Shown here piece after piece: positions 10,991-23,000 of a stretch of DNA of 64,000 nt; position 1 is the stretch's first letter; each line of letters opens with the position of its first letter. The translations under genes and the position numbers were made by a program. Source of the stretch: Dicyema japonicum (Eukaryota > Animalia > Dicyemida). The notes beneath the pieces are model-generated. The model was not told the DNA's origin and made no database searches. It worked only from the letters and a program-made list of their open reading frames with translations. Location of the stretch: positions 1,179,459 to 1,243,458 of the forward strand of contig RDEW01000003.1 of the NCBI GenBank assembly GCA_011109175.1, given 5' to 3'.

Positions 10991-13855
10991 TTTGTGGTTC
11001 AAAAAATTACTTATTAAGTAATAATGGTCTCTTTCCTAAAAAGTTTGATTTCTTTTATAAATAACCCGTTTTAGTTTTCTAGTTGCCATTATAATTGTAG
11101 TGTTACATTCTATCACCGTACATTTTCGTTGATTCTTTCTCCGCCCGACAGTAATAGGATCGTTTTGGTTGAGTAGTTGCCGCCCTTTATGATAGCAGTG
11201 TCATATTTAGTTTTGATCTTGCAAGGTCAATTATTCTGATTAACAAAGTTCATCATAAAAACATGAAATAAAGATATTTTGAGTGTTCCAGTTTCAAATC
11301 CAGTCAAATCGGATATTTTTCATTGAATCTTTCCATTACTGCATTTTTTATATTTCCCTATAAACTTAAGTCTTACCAATCTTATGGTCAGTTCCAAGTC
11401 ATCAAACTATGGATAACACAGAATTCATTGATTATTCTCAATTCTAATGAGATCTCCCGATAAGCACGTGCAAGTTCATATTACATAATTATGCTTTCAT
11501 TTTTGACATTATAATTAAAATACCGCTTCTTTCTGATTTAGCCTTTCAGGAAATATTGTTGTTTCCAACAAAGATTTGTTTGCATGCCGAGTCGTTGGAA
11601 GTAAATAGCTTTTTGAAGTAATTTGCAATGTTTGTTGCCAGATCCGTCTAGTCGCCGATTTCACTGCTATAGTCACTTTATAGAGTTATGGGTGGTTTAT
11701 GCTGGAAAGAGCATAAATTACTAGTAAAACTTTCGGTTGCTGACAATCATTGCTAATTTTTCATTTGGCTTTCATTCATACTATAACAAAGTCCTGGGTT
11801 CGATTCCCGTCGCTGGATACTTTACTGAAGGTTTCTCTTCCTTTCCTCTGTATTTTTGTTCACTCGTCCAAGTAGAGCAGAGTCATACGATATTAAAAGG
11901 TTTCTGCATCTGTACCATGGAAACTCTTCTCTTAAATGAAGCTTACAATCTTGGTAAGTCCATTACAAAGTCACAGGTTATTAATCCAAGGAAGGAACCC
12001 AATGGAAACATCTTCTTGTGTCAACTAAATCCATTACAGGTTTCCTCTTCCGTGAAAAGTGGAGAAGTAGGTCCGCCTTCTTCCATTTTCATCGCACGTC
12101 CTACGCTTATCATTGTGAAAGAGTTTTCATAATGTTAATCTTCACCAATGGATTTGGTCAGGGAGAATGTAGGGAGACCCTTTCAACAACTATGTCTTGG
12201 CAGAAGGACTCGTCGCCTCACGGGTGGAATCTTTTGACAAGAATTGACAATCGAAAAGTCCATCTCTCGGATTCGAACCCACGACTGTCAGATCCAATGT
12301 CCTGAGTCCGTTTTAACAAATTTTGTTAAATTGCTCGTTAAAGTAATGAATTCTGTCCGTTCTCGAAATGGAGCAAAAATTCCCAAATATTAACTATTTT
12401 GTTAGTTAAATAATACTGAGGGTTCTTGTTTAGTTGATGATCGCCACTTTCCTGCAACAAAATCAATGAAAATTAATAATAAATTGTTTACTCGACACGT
12501 GTTTAATATTGTTGGTTGATGGGTTTAAGGTTTTTCCAGAAAATGAGGGTCTTTTTAAAAACCTTATAAAAAATGTTTTAATTTGGACACCGTTGGATAA
12601 AAGTAGACAAGTTCATTATTATCAGTAATGCTATTTTTCTTCTTTCTCTCGTTTCTTTGTTAATACGAGATAGCCAATTTTCAAAAATTAAATACTTTTT
12701 GTCATCAAAGCTTTGTATGAAGCAGCATATTTTTGGCGACCTTGATTTTTATCTGCTGATCCTCTTAAGGTTTTGAATTTTATATCAAATCGTTTTTTTT
12801 AAATCGGTAAAACCACCCATGCAAAAAAGTCTTTATTAAAATACCTATTATCAATTTTACAAGCAATAAGTTTAATGTCGGTCTATTGACCGGAAAAACC
12901 TTTGAATCTCAGAGAACGAAAAAATCATAAACTTCCGCATTTAATTTGTGCCCATTTACGCAATTTGACGTAAAGCAGCCTTCACGAGGAATTCTTCCAT
13001 TTTTAGACTTTCTTTAGAGATGCCATACTTCTCACAAATAAATTCACATTTATACAGATCTGACTGTATTTCCTTAAAATTCTAACTTCCTCGTAATATC
13101 CCTAAATTTACTGAGATAAATTTAAAAATTAAAATTGTGACATTACTTACAATTGAACAAGCTTTTAAACAAATAATTGATGTTTCGTTACTAATTTTCC
13201 CATTTGGGGGTTTATTACTAAAAAAAATTTTATTATTACTATTAAAAATAAATCTCCCCAAATTCGAAATTTTCTAAAAAAGAGGTTTTCCCGCAGTTTG
13301 GGTTTCCTTGAAACGAGGTCGACTTGTACTATCTTTGTAATAAAATATTTCTGGTTATGAGCATTTTTCAGCTTCATGGTCCGATTGACTTGTAGGACAC
13401 AGAATTAGATTCACCAAACTTTGCAGTTTTTTACGTACTTAATCACAAGTAATTTGTCATTGAAGCTTTGGTTACTAAAAGGCTTTCACTTCGAGGAAGT
13501 CTTGCGAATCTTGTCTGAGACCCTTAGAAAACTTTTGTCGTGCAGTCATTTTGTCCTCACTATTTACCTGGTGATGATCGCTTGCAGAGGTATGAGATTC
13601 GTGGGCAGTCCATTTTAGACAAAATATGGGAGTCTTGGATCAATTTCATGAGTGCCAAACAACCCTTGGATCACTACACCTAAGTGAACACAATTTTAAG
13701 TAGGCACTAAGGGGATGTTGACTATGATCAGTAAAAACAGATGTACTAATCACCACAAAAATTTTATTTCGAACGCGCAATAAATTTACCTTTTTGATAA
13801 ATTCGAAAACCATGAAAATATTTAGCAAACAATTTTGATTTGAAACACAACAAAA

Positions 13856-15471
13856 TTAAATTGAAAAATCAGTCATCTCTTTATTCCATTCTCCGAGTTT
13901 CTTGTCTTTCAAAAGAGACACAAATAACTCAAATCTTCTATTATACTCCACATTGAGCTTCTTTGCTTCCAAATAACTTTCCACCACCAAGTTCTCTCGA
14001 CTTTTCAAAGTTTGTTTAAACAGCCTAGCCATCTCTGCAGTGGTTAATAGAGGATGCAAAGCCTAATGTTAGGACTAATGACTTACTTGGGTGTCAAAAT
14101 GGGGTTTTTCTTCTCCCAGAAACCAAGACATTTTATGGTTAGAGATAGAATCGGTGTTCCTCGAATCACGTGCACTTCCCAAACAGAGGATCGTCGGTTT
14201 TTTTGGTCCGAATTCTACGAGGCGTCCGTAAAAGGCGTTCTCGAAAAGTTCCTGAGGGGCTAAGTACGACTGTTCTGATTTTAAACGAAATAGCCTACTA
14301 ATAAGAATGGAAGACATGAAAATGGGCTCTACAAAGTTCCCCAGGAGGTTTCCCTGAATGCCTAGGCAATTCCACTTTAAAATTTTATCGGAGGAACTCA
14401 TTTGTGACTTATTAACAGCGTCCGTCATAGAAATGGTACCCTCACCTGGAGGTCACTGAGACTATTACCTTGTACATTAATTCTTCTCAGTTCAGAAAAA
14501 CGTGTTGTATAAGGAATTAGTTCTAGCATTGATCGACCTAACTTACTAAGACTTATCTATTAACATTACATTTCAAACAAACAGGCACAGCCAGATGGAG
14601 GGCTACTTAAAAATAAATGAAAAAGCCCGCCTAATTTAAATTTCACACGGGTCGTTGTGGTCGCTAGTTGATTGTACACAAATCTATTTCTATCATAAAC
14701 TACCTTAGAAATGCTCGTCTCGCTAGATATTCCGCTCTCATTCCCATCCCAGCAGCAATAACTTGGAAATCTCCATCCAATTCCTGGACGATGAGAGCAA
14801 AGTTTTTCCGTCCAGCGGTAAATTCGGGGTACGTCTTTTGAATTCCCAGTATAAAGGCCTGACAGACATCATCCACGGAAAGATCGCTACTACTGTCCGT
14901 CTCTTCCTGTAATTCTGGTTTTCCGTGATAATTGCTCAGCACAGAAGAAACCGCCTTCTCAGCCGCATTTCGTTTCGCATTCTTGGCGTTGTTCCCGTTA
15001 GCCTCCATGATTGGTTTTCCGTCGAGAAAAATAACGGCTTTGTAACTGATTGTAAAATTATAGAAACTTGGATCTGGTTAACTTTTCGACCTTCCACGTG
15101 CACATTATCCCATTTTTTTGAGAGTAGTTTGTCACAAAGGACACTGGATTGCGAGAAAGGTACTCATTAGATTTATCACAGTCTAGTAAATTGAATAGAT
15201 CATGTCATACTTAACTTGGTTGCTGAATTTGAATAGAAATCGGTTATTTTTTCAATGGCATTCTGCGCACACACATACTTGGCGGATTTTTTTGTTGAAG
15301 AATATGCAGTAGAAATTTCGTCGTTAATTTTGCATGAATACCCATATTTGGTATTTTGTTTGCTCAGTTCTTCAAATGATACTAAATATTGCAAAGACAA
15401 TTACTGGATATTCCTCTTTTCGAGCAATACTCATACAGTGAACTTATCGGGTTTACTAATTTGTTTAACAT
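13856..15471 (-). CDS. ADAR/ADAD-like dsRNA-binding protein: 2 dsRBDs + degenerate deaminase domain (8 micro-introns)
   Basis: Spliced: [28 protein letters not shown]; [19 protein letters not shown]; [69 protein letters not shown]; introns of 23, 28, 22, 20, 24, 23, 24 and 24 nt. Confidence 0.9.
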
Positions 15472-15699
15472 TAATATACCACAGCATTTATCAACGGGTT
15501 CCATATTATTTGGCTCTATTAAATAATATATTTATTTAGTTTAGGTTTCCCAAAGAAAACTATAAAAATATCATATAAATTAAGTTTTGATAAAATAATA
15601 ATGTTTATTTTGTCTATATATATAGTTTTGAATTATTAGACGATTAATAAATTTTAAAATAAAATTATCGGATAATACATAAAAAAAATTATCTCGCAG

Positions 15700-15990
15700 T
15701 TTGTAAGGGCTATCGGTCGATATGTCCGAATAGATCCCAAGGTACTTCATTAAATCCAAAGCGACTGCTACGTAAGCTGAGGTCGATTCCACAACTCGTC
15801 GTCAGGGAAAGAAATTGTCTCACGGTGGAATAAATAGATAGATCCTTTTGAATGCTGACTAAGCATTGACCGTTTCCTGAGTAAGGTGGATCCGATGACA
15901 CCACCAACCCGGCGATAATTTTTAAAACTTGTTTGACTGAGAATACTGCCTGGAACCTCTCCTCGGTTTATGGAACTGCGCCCTTATGTC
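15700..15990 (-). mobile_element. Decayed LINE RT fragment
   Basis: RGEVPGSILS (GVPQGSILS-like) and KYLGI motifs in different frames. Confidence 0.45.
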
Positions 15991-16939
15991 CAAAATTTTT
16001 ATTTGAGTAATCAAAAATTTTTAGTTATAATAATTATGTAATTATTAATTTTTAAATAATTATTTTAAAATAATTTTGCACGTTGCTCTCATTGTTTGTG
16101 GTGTTTCTCCTTTAAAAACAGTTGGTCAAACTTCTGTTCGCTGATGGAGATACATAATATGGTATTTAATTGCGTGTGCTTTTGCTCACGTTTCATGCAT
16201 GCCATACATTACTATATTTTTATTTTTTTATTTTAACAGTAACGGAGAATTTCCTACTCATGTACCTCGTGGGGTTCATTTATCCACTGTACAAACGTCG
16301 AGAAGATCTTGAATATCGGAAAAGGGCCTACACAGATGAGGAACAGTAGATCACTTGGAAGAAATCTCTATTGCCAATCTTAACGGAAACGGTTATACTC
16401 CTAAACGGAGCGATGTGGCTGTGAAGTTATTTCCTCGTAAGGGGCTTATGTGGGCACAATGGGGACATAGATCCAAGTTGTGAGCGTTGTTGAAAGTGCT
16501 GAGATCACGTGGTCGACTATTTCTGGTCATAACCTAGATTTAGGTTCATCAGTAATGCCGGTAGTTAACATTAACTGAATGCATATCGTTCCCATGGTTA
16601 CAGTAGGAGAAAGACCTTTCACTACCACATAAATGGTTCATCCTAACCAAATGCCAAGAAAAGAGCATATCCAGTCCTTGCAGTCGTGGACTACTCCAAT
16701 TGAGTGAATAAGGACAGATGATCCTCTTTCATGTTATTCCAGACGTCTAACTCATTAAGAAAGAAAAGCATATCACTTCAACTGTCTCGACAGTAGTTGC
16801 ATGAGAGATTGCAGCAAAATCTCTCACTCCACCATTAAATAATGAAAAAAATGGCAAAATACCTCAAATCCGTCACACTTCTGATAAAAATTACGGTTTA
16901 TATTAATCACGTTTTTATTCGCTTTTTGTGAAATTCTAA

Positions 16940-17210
16940 GGCCATGTGGTGCCATCTGGCTACTTTATCAAAGATTTCTCTCTTTCTCCTGCTGGCGTCG
17001 TTGGATTCACCTTATTCGGGAGACGTCCAATTCCTGTCCCCCATTCAAAAAAATCCATGTATTCAATCCATCAGGTGACAATTCCACATGCAACCCGTTG
17101 TCGCCTAGACGAGTAGATTCTGATTTTCAGATCACTAGGGTGAAGATTTCCAAAGTGACAGAAGACCGTCGTAAAATAGTGGTAGTTCCAAGTATTATTC
17201 TGACAGTTGT
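16940..17210 (-). mobile_element. 3' end of an unclassified LINE-like family (LNAGQ..HMAPRG family)
   Basis: GLNTWIFLNGGQELDVSR..MAPHG; related copies at ~29260, 35845, 43765, 56340 and 60190. Confidence 0.55.
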
Positions 17211-17939
17211 CAAGGGATTTTTTCAATTTTCATGGTCCGTGATATTAAGAAATTATTTTTCGCAATTTTCGTAGCAAATCCAACTTGTATACAAAAATTA
17301 CTAACCTGGATGCGACTATTGGACAGAAATGATTTTACTGTCGCCACAGAGTACTATGCACATTTAAATTTTTCCAGTCTTAACGCTGGATTCGTGCCTC
17401 AGTCTTTTTAACTTTAATTTTAAGATTTAATAAAAAAAAAACATGTTCTCTCACTTTAACAAAATTTTTGCTGTTCTTCGTTAAGATTATTTCACACAGA
17501 ACCAATTAATGCTATGTAAACTAAGGTGGAGTTTGTGCCACACGATTCAAGATCCTCATCACCAAAGGATCTCCAGCAAGCTCTGTCCATGAAATACAAT
17601 CGTAGGTCTTCTAGGTTCTACGTACTTTCAAATTTATTTCTAATCCTATACGGAAAATTGCAAATTTAAAAAAGTTAAATTGCTAAAAAAACATTATATT
17701 AATTGCTAATCACTTCCTCGACCTCTTGATACAAAAATAGAACTGGTTGCATAAGTTATGAATCTTGTTCATTCCTCTATGGACTTCTTTGTGAAGTGCC
17801 TTCATCATCCGAATTTCACTTTCATTTGACTGAACAACAATCTTCTCCATTTCTTTTTCTTAAGTACAGCTTTTCATTTTTTATGACGAACTTTTTGGAT
17901 TTTTTTAAATTTTTATCTGTTCAGTTTGGACAAATTTGG

Positions 17940-18355
17940 TAAATGGTTCTGTAAAGTATGCCTTGTTTCATGAGATTCGCGTATCGGAGACTACGCTCAA
18001 CAGACTCAATTCAAACACCTAACAACTATTCATATGTTGGGCCTTCACACTGAATCAACAGTCACCCCTTATTCGCTGAAGCTACGATCCATAGTTGCGT
18101 ATCTGGGATTCCTTCCCATTTGTGAGGAATATGGAAACCCACTTCACCTGTACATTTCCAAGGCAAAAGAAAACCGATGTTCAAAAGTTCCCTTCTCCAA
18201 ACGAATTCACCTGCAGGAATGAGAGAAGGTTCTTTCACGTTAATAAAAACAATGGAACATCACAGACTTGGATGGCACAGTTGATTGCAGAACTGGGATC
18301 ACCTAACTGTCTGACATTATTCTGTCTTGCTCAGTGATTCAGGTTATAAATAAAT
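17940..18355 (+). mobile_element. 3' fragment of the 2A-LINE (GIT*) family
   Basis: LRIWDS..ERRFF..MAQLIA..CTGGGATCACCTAA followed by an A-rich tail; matches 58700-58850 and the 3' end of 848-3530. Confidence 0.65.
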
Positions 18356-19099
18356 AGGACACACTGAGTTAACATACTGTTAACATTTTATTATTAAAAA
18401 TTAAATTAAACCTTTTATTTAAAAAAATAAAAATAACAAACAAAAAATTTTATACAAAAATTATCAAAATTACCAAGAATTAAGCCTTACGATAATTGAA
18501 CATAGATCATACGGGATTACCCCACTAGAATTTCATATTCGTAATTATGATGAGACACCGCATTCCCTTCGGTGAAAAGCCCCGGTACGTGCACGTGACT
18601 ACATATGACATAATATATTCGATTAATATTGTTCCCCTTTGCTGATATGTTGATTTCAAATCCAATCTACGTGTCAATGTGATTGCGTATCCTCGGGTTC
18701 TACCCAGTAGCTCAACAGATTAATTCCCTTAGTTCCACATTATTTTTGAAAGTTTTATGGCAAGACGGTTCAATGCAAGTTTTTAGACATAAATGAATGT
18801 CTGGGATTTAGACGATAGCCATTAATATTCCTCTTGTGCCATCTTGTCGAAGATCTCACCAACCAATATTTTTCATGCCCCTATGATGTGCCCATTCTTA
18901 GGAAAAGTTTCCAGATCTTCGGGCATACACCGATCAAAATGAGATAACGAATAAATTAGAAAAAATAGACTCGACACTACAGGCAAATAATAACAACCTT
19001 TTCACGAGAGCCATAATATTTATAGCTCCGGATAGGCCGGACACACACGTTATTTGAGTAAAGATCAGTTATATTGACTAATCTTAGAAAGGGAGGAAG

Positions 19100-19320
19100 G
19101 AACAAGGTCCTTTGATTTCTCTTCTTCTTTTCTTGAGTGTGAGTTATATTCAGACGATCCGGTTCCGCAGTGAAGCATTCACTGATGACGGAATCACTCG
19201 TCATACCCAAAGCATCATAGATTCGTGGAACCTTCAGCCAGAATGTACAGCAGCGAGATTCGATCCCGGGACCATCAGGACTTTGCCGGCGCTTATGACA
19301 GAGCCAAGTGCCGGGAAAAT
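19100..19320 (-). mobile_element. tRNA-derived SINE-like repeat, near full length
   Basis: On minus: head with B-box-like GGGATCGAATCTC, structured body and purine/A-rich tail. Confidence 0.7.
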
Positions 19321-20072
19321 GTTAATAAATTATTTATCACCTGAAAATAGAATTTTACGAAATTTTCTAATCATATCAAGTTTAAAAACCGATGTTCATC
19401 TATAATTCGTAAATTCTTAAATTAGCCAATTTTTATAAAGTCCCGAAAATTGCGGATATATGAAAACATTTTAATGAGTTGGTACCGAAAATATAAGTTT
19501 GATCCTTTACTCTTCTGAATCAGGATTATGCACGAATTCAGGGACAACTGAAAACAGTGGATAGCTTAGATAAAATACGGAAACTTATAAGGAAGAAATT
19601 GGATGGAAGCAACCTGTAGTAAGGATAGTAAGGAGTACCACACAAGGTAAACTCTAACTATTCATTTGGTTATGTGAAATGGGAGAGTGTTTTAACTAAT
19701 AAACATAAGAGAATAGTCATTTTGGCTGTCCCCAAACAGGAAGCGATAGTTTTTCCAACAGTTGAGGCTATGAAGCCAATCGGAAGGAAACAGATTCTTC
19801 CGTACGGTATTTTTATCAACTGAAGCTAACAAAGAGAACGAGCAGCAGATGAGGTATCTACGCACGTGATATCCAATACCAGAGATCCTTAGAGTGAAAA
19901 CGAAAGGATTTTCATCTCTTGTCCTTATTCCATGCCAGGAGAGTTCGATAAATAAAGCCAGACCACGGAAGATGTTAAAAATCGTTAACAATTTTTAATG
20001 ACTCATAAAGTTAGTGATTTAATTTAATTAATAAATTCCATAAATTATCCCTAAATTTTTAAATTAATTTTT

Positions 20073-23000
20073 TTACTTTTTTATTAGCTTAGTTGTCAAA
20101 TTCATAAAATACATCACTAAAAACAGTGTTGCAAGGAAAACTAGAATAATTGAACCTTTTAAATCGAATTCGATTGAAAATTGCTTTATTTTTACATTAA
20201 TGTCTTCATCTTCGTTCACCGCAACATCCGCGAGTATTTTGAGCACTTTATATTTTTTGTTGTTGAGCTAAATTGAGGATTACCGCTACTTTGTTCAAAA
20301 CTCTTAGTGTTCTATTGCTTCTCGAAATATTTAAAATAACGTATTTTGATATAAATTCAATTTTTCGAATTTTGAAATATTTTGAACGGCGTAAATCATA
20401 ATTCTAATCATTCATCATTATTTTACTTTGCATTGTGGGAATATGAGGATCTCGGATAACCGACGGCTACCTTTATTTGGCCTTCATCACCGCAGATGTG
20501 CGTTTGTCTATTTTTTGACTTCAAAATAAAATCAACCGATAATTATAGGCATCATAGCATTTATTCTCGTGGCAGAATTCATTCATCATCAAACACAATG
20601 TTCGCTTGAATGCGCTCTGAATTTTTTCCCACTTAACGTATCGCCAATGAAATGTTACCTGGGTAATCTTCAATCCGACCAAAATGAGAATTATCGAATT
20701 TGTCACTTCCGTGGTGGAAACTAAACGTATAAACTGCTGCTTTACTTTTGCAGTTGTATTCATACATATTGCACATTGCATAATTTGTTTTTTCGCCGAT
20801 ACAGAATCTTTCGAGTCCACTGGGTGGGGGAGAGTCGCAAAATCTTTCTCGATGTTTTATTCCGTGGCATGTCTCACTGCAGTTGCTCCATCTCCCCCAT
20901 AGACCCCAATTTCCGTTTCTTTCTTTGGTGGAGTAATTAAACTAAAAACCACTACAGGCTGCTTTGTCAGGATCATGTAAGTAATATTGGCTGCATTGAC
21001 AGGAATAATGCCCGATTTCATTGTGACAATAACTGTTGACCCCACAGCGGTTACTTACCTTGCACTCATTTATATCTGAACACAGAACAAAGCTAAAATA
21101 CCAATACACCTCCCAGAAGGGGACATTTCAAATCCGCTATGGCAGATGCAGACATCAGAGCCATTTATTTGCGCGCACAGATGATCGCATTGGAGATGAC
21201 CCTTGCACTCATTGGTGACTAAACTAAAATATTTGAATATACCTACGCACGTGACGCCATCGTTAATGAGATGCATCCCACCAGGGCACGTGCAGTGATA
21301 ACTCCCTATCGTGTTAACGCAAATTTCCGAGCAATTGTGGTAGTAAATGCATTCGTTAAAATCTGAATTTTAAATAAAAAAGACCGCCTTCACATTCGCC
21401 ATTAAAACTACGCTTGAATCCGTGCTCACAGGCACATTCATAACCGCCCATTTTATTGACGCAAATTTGATGACTTTTATTGCACGTGTTTAATGTACTA
21501 TCAAGACACTCGTTGATATCTTTTAATCTTAAATCCCAGCACAAACCATAACACTGATACCCGTTTCCGTAAAAGCCGGATTTACAGTAACAACCGTACG
21601 AGGAATCATAGTTAACACAATGTCCATTAACGAGATCACAAAACTGAAATTTATACGGCAAGATTTTGTGCTTGATTTTCATGATCAAGCATTCGTCGAT
21701 ATCTTATCGTCACTAAGTAACCAACCAGCACACAGTGTTTTGTCACCGACAGTATATTTTTCATATCCGTCCCCACATTCGCAGTGATACGAGCTACCAT
21801 TACTAACGCAGATCTGATTTACTCCACATTTCGCTAACGTCGACTCGCATATGCTTCCTGTGATGCATAATTTCATGAAATTGGTAATTTATATGAACAC
21901 AGTAAAGTTACCTACGCACACATTATCCTTGTTTGGATAATATCCCCCAGGGCAGACACATTTGAAGGAACCGAACGTGTTAATACACCTCAATTTCATA
22001 TTGGCTTGTTGACAAACGCTAGGATTTCCACATTCATCGATGTCTGTGGGAGTTATAGCTCAGGGGTACCAATACACTTATTATCAACAAATTCAAATCC
22101 TCTTCCGCACAAAAATTTGTTTTTATTTTCAATCCGGAAACATGTAAAATTGCTACTTGAAATATTCGTGCATTTTGAATCCGCTTTTTATAAAAAAATA
22201 AAAACCGATGCAATCAATTTTATTTTTTGCCAAATGGAATCCAGGACGGCATCGGCACTCGTAGGACCCGTTTGTATTGGCACAAATTTGCTGGCACTTA
22301 TCGTACCCCATCAGGCATTCGTTTACATCTTACAATCACATTCATTCCTACCAACACACTGATTACTTGTAGGGTCCTTAAAATATCCCACAAAACAAGA
22401 ACAATAGTACGATCCTTCTGTATTTACACAACTCTGTTGGCATGGATTATTTTTGCACTCGTCGACATCTAAAATGCTCAAAAAATAGGAACCGATGCAC
22501 GAACTTTTGTGTTTTACGAATCCACCTTTGCAAATGCAGGAAAAGTCTCCATAATCATTTCGACAACGACTATTTGAAGGGCAGATTTTAGGATCCTCAC
22601 ATTCATTTATATCTCGAATTCACTAGAAACTAGTTTACCGACACATTCGCCATTAATATCGGCAGTACCCTTTGAGCACTCACAAGCATAAGATCCCTCC
22701 GTATTTTTGCAAGTTTTATTACCTGCACAAAGACTGGGAGAGGTTTCACATTCGTTAATATCTGCCAAAGTAAAATATCAGGAAACCAATGCATCCCCCA
22801 TCCAACTTTCGTTTGTACCCTTTTTTACAGAGACATTCAAATTTTCCTGGGAGATTAATGCACCGTTCATTCCGTGAACAATTATGCCAGGATATTTTGC
22901 ATTCGTCGTAATCTAAGGTTTCAGAATTTCGAAAACCTATGCATTTGTTGTTTAAGGGGTTCAGGTAATAGCCACTTTTACACGTGCATGTTTCACTTTC

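Noticed and set aside
12840-13830. Possible gene downstream of the ADAR-like locus
   Set aside because: I could not build a stop-free spliced model or recognise a domain.
19161-19232. Hammerhead ribozyme in the SINE body (CTGATGA; GAAAC in copy 1)
   Set aside because: No NUH cleavage triplet adjoins a stem I, stem II is out of register, and GAAA is not conserved across copies.
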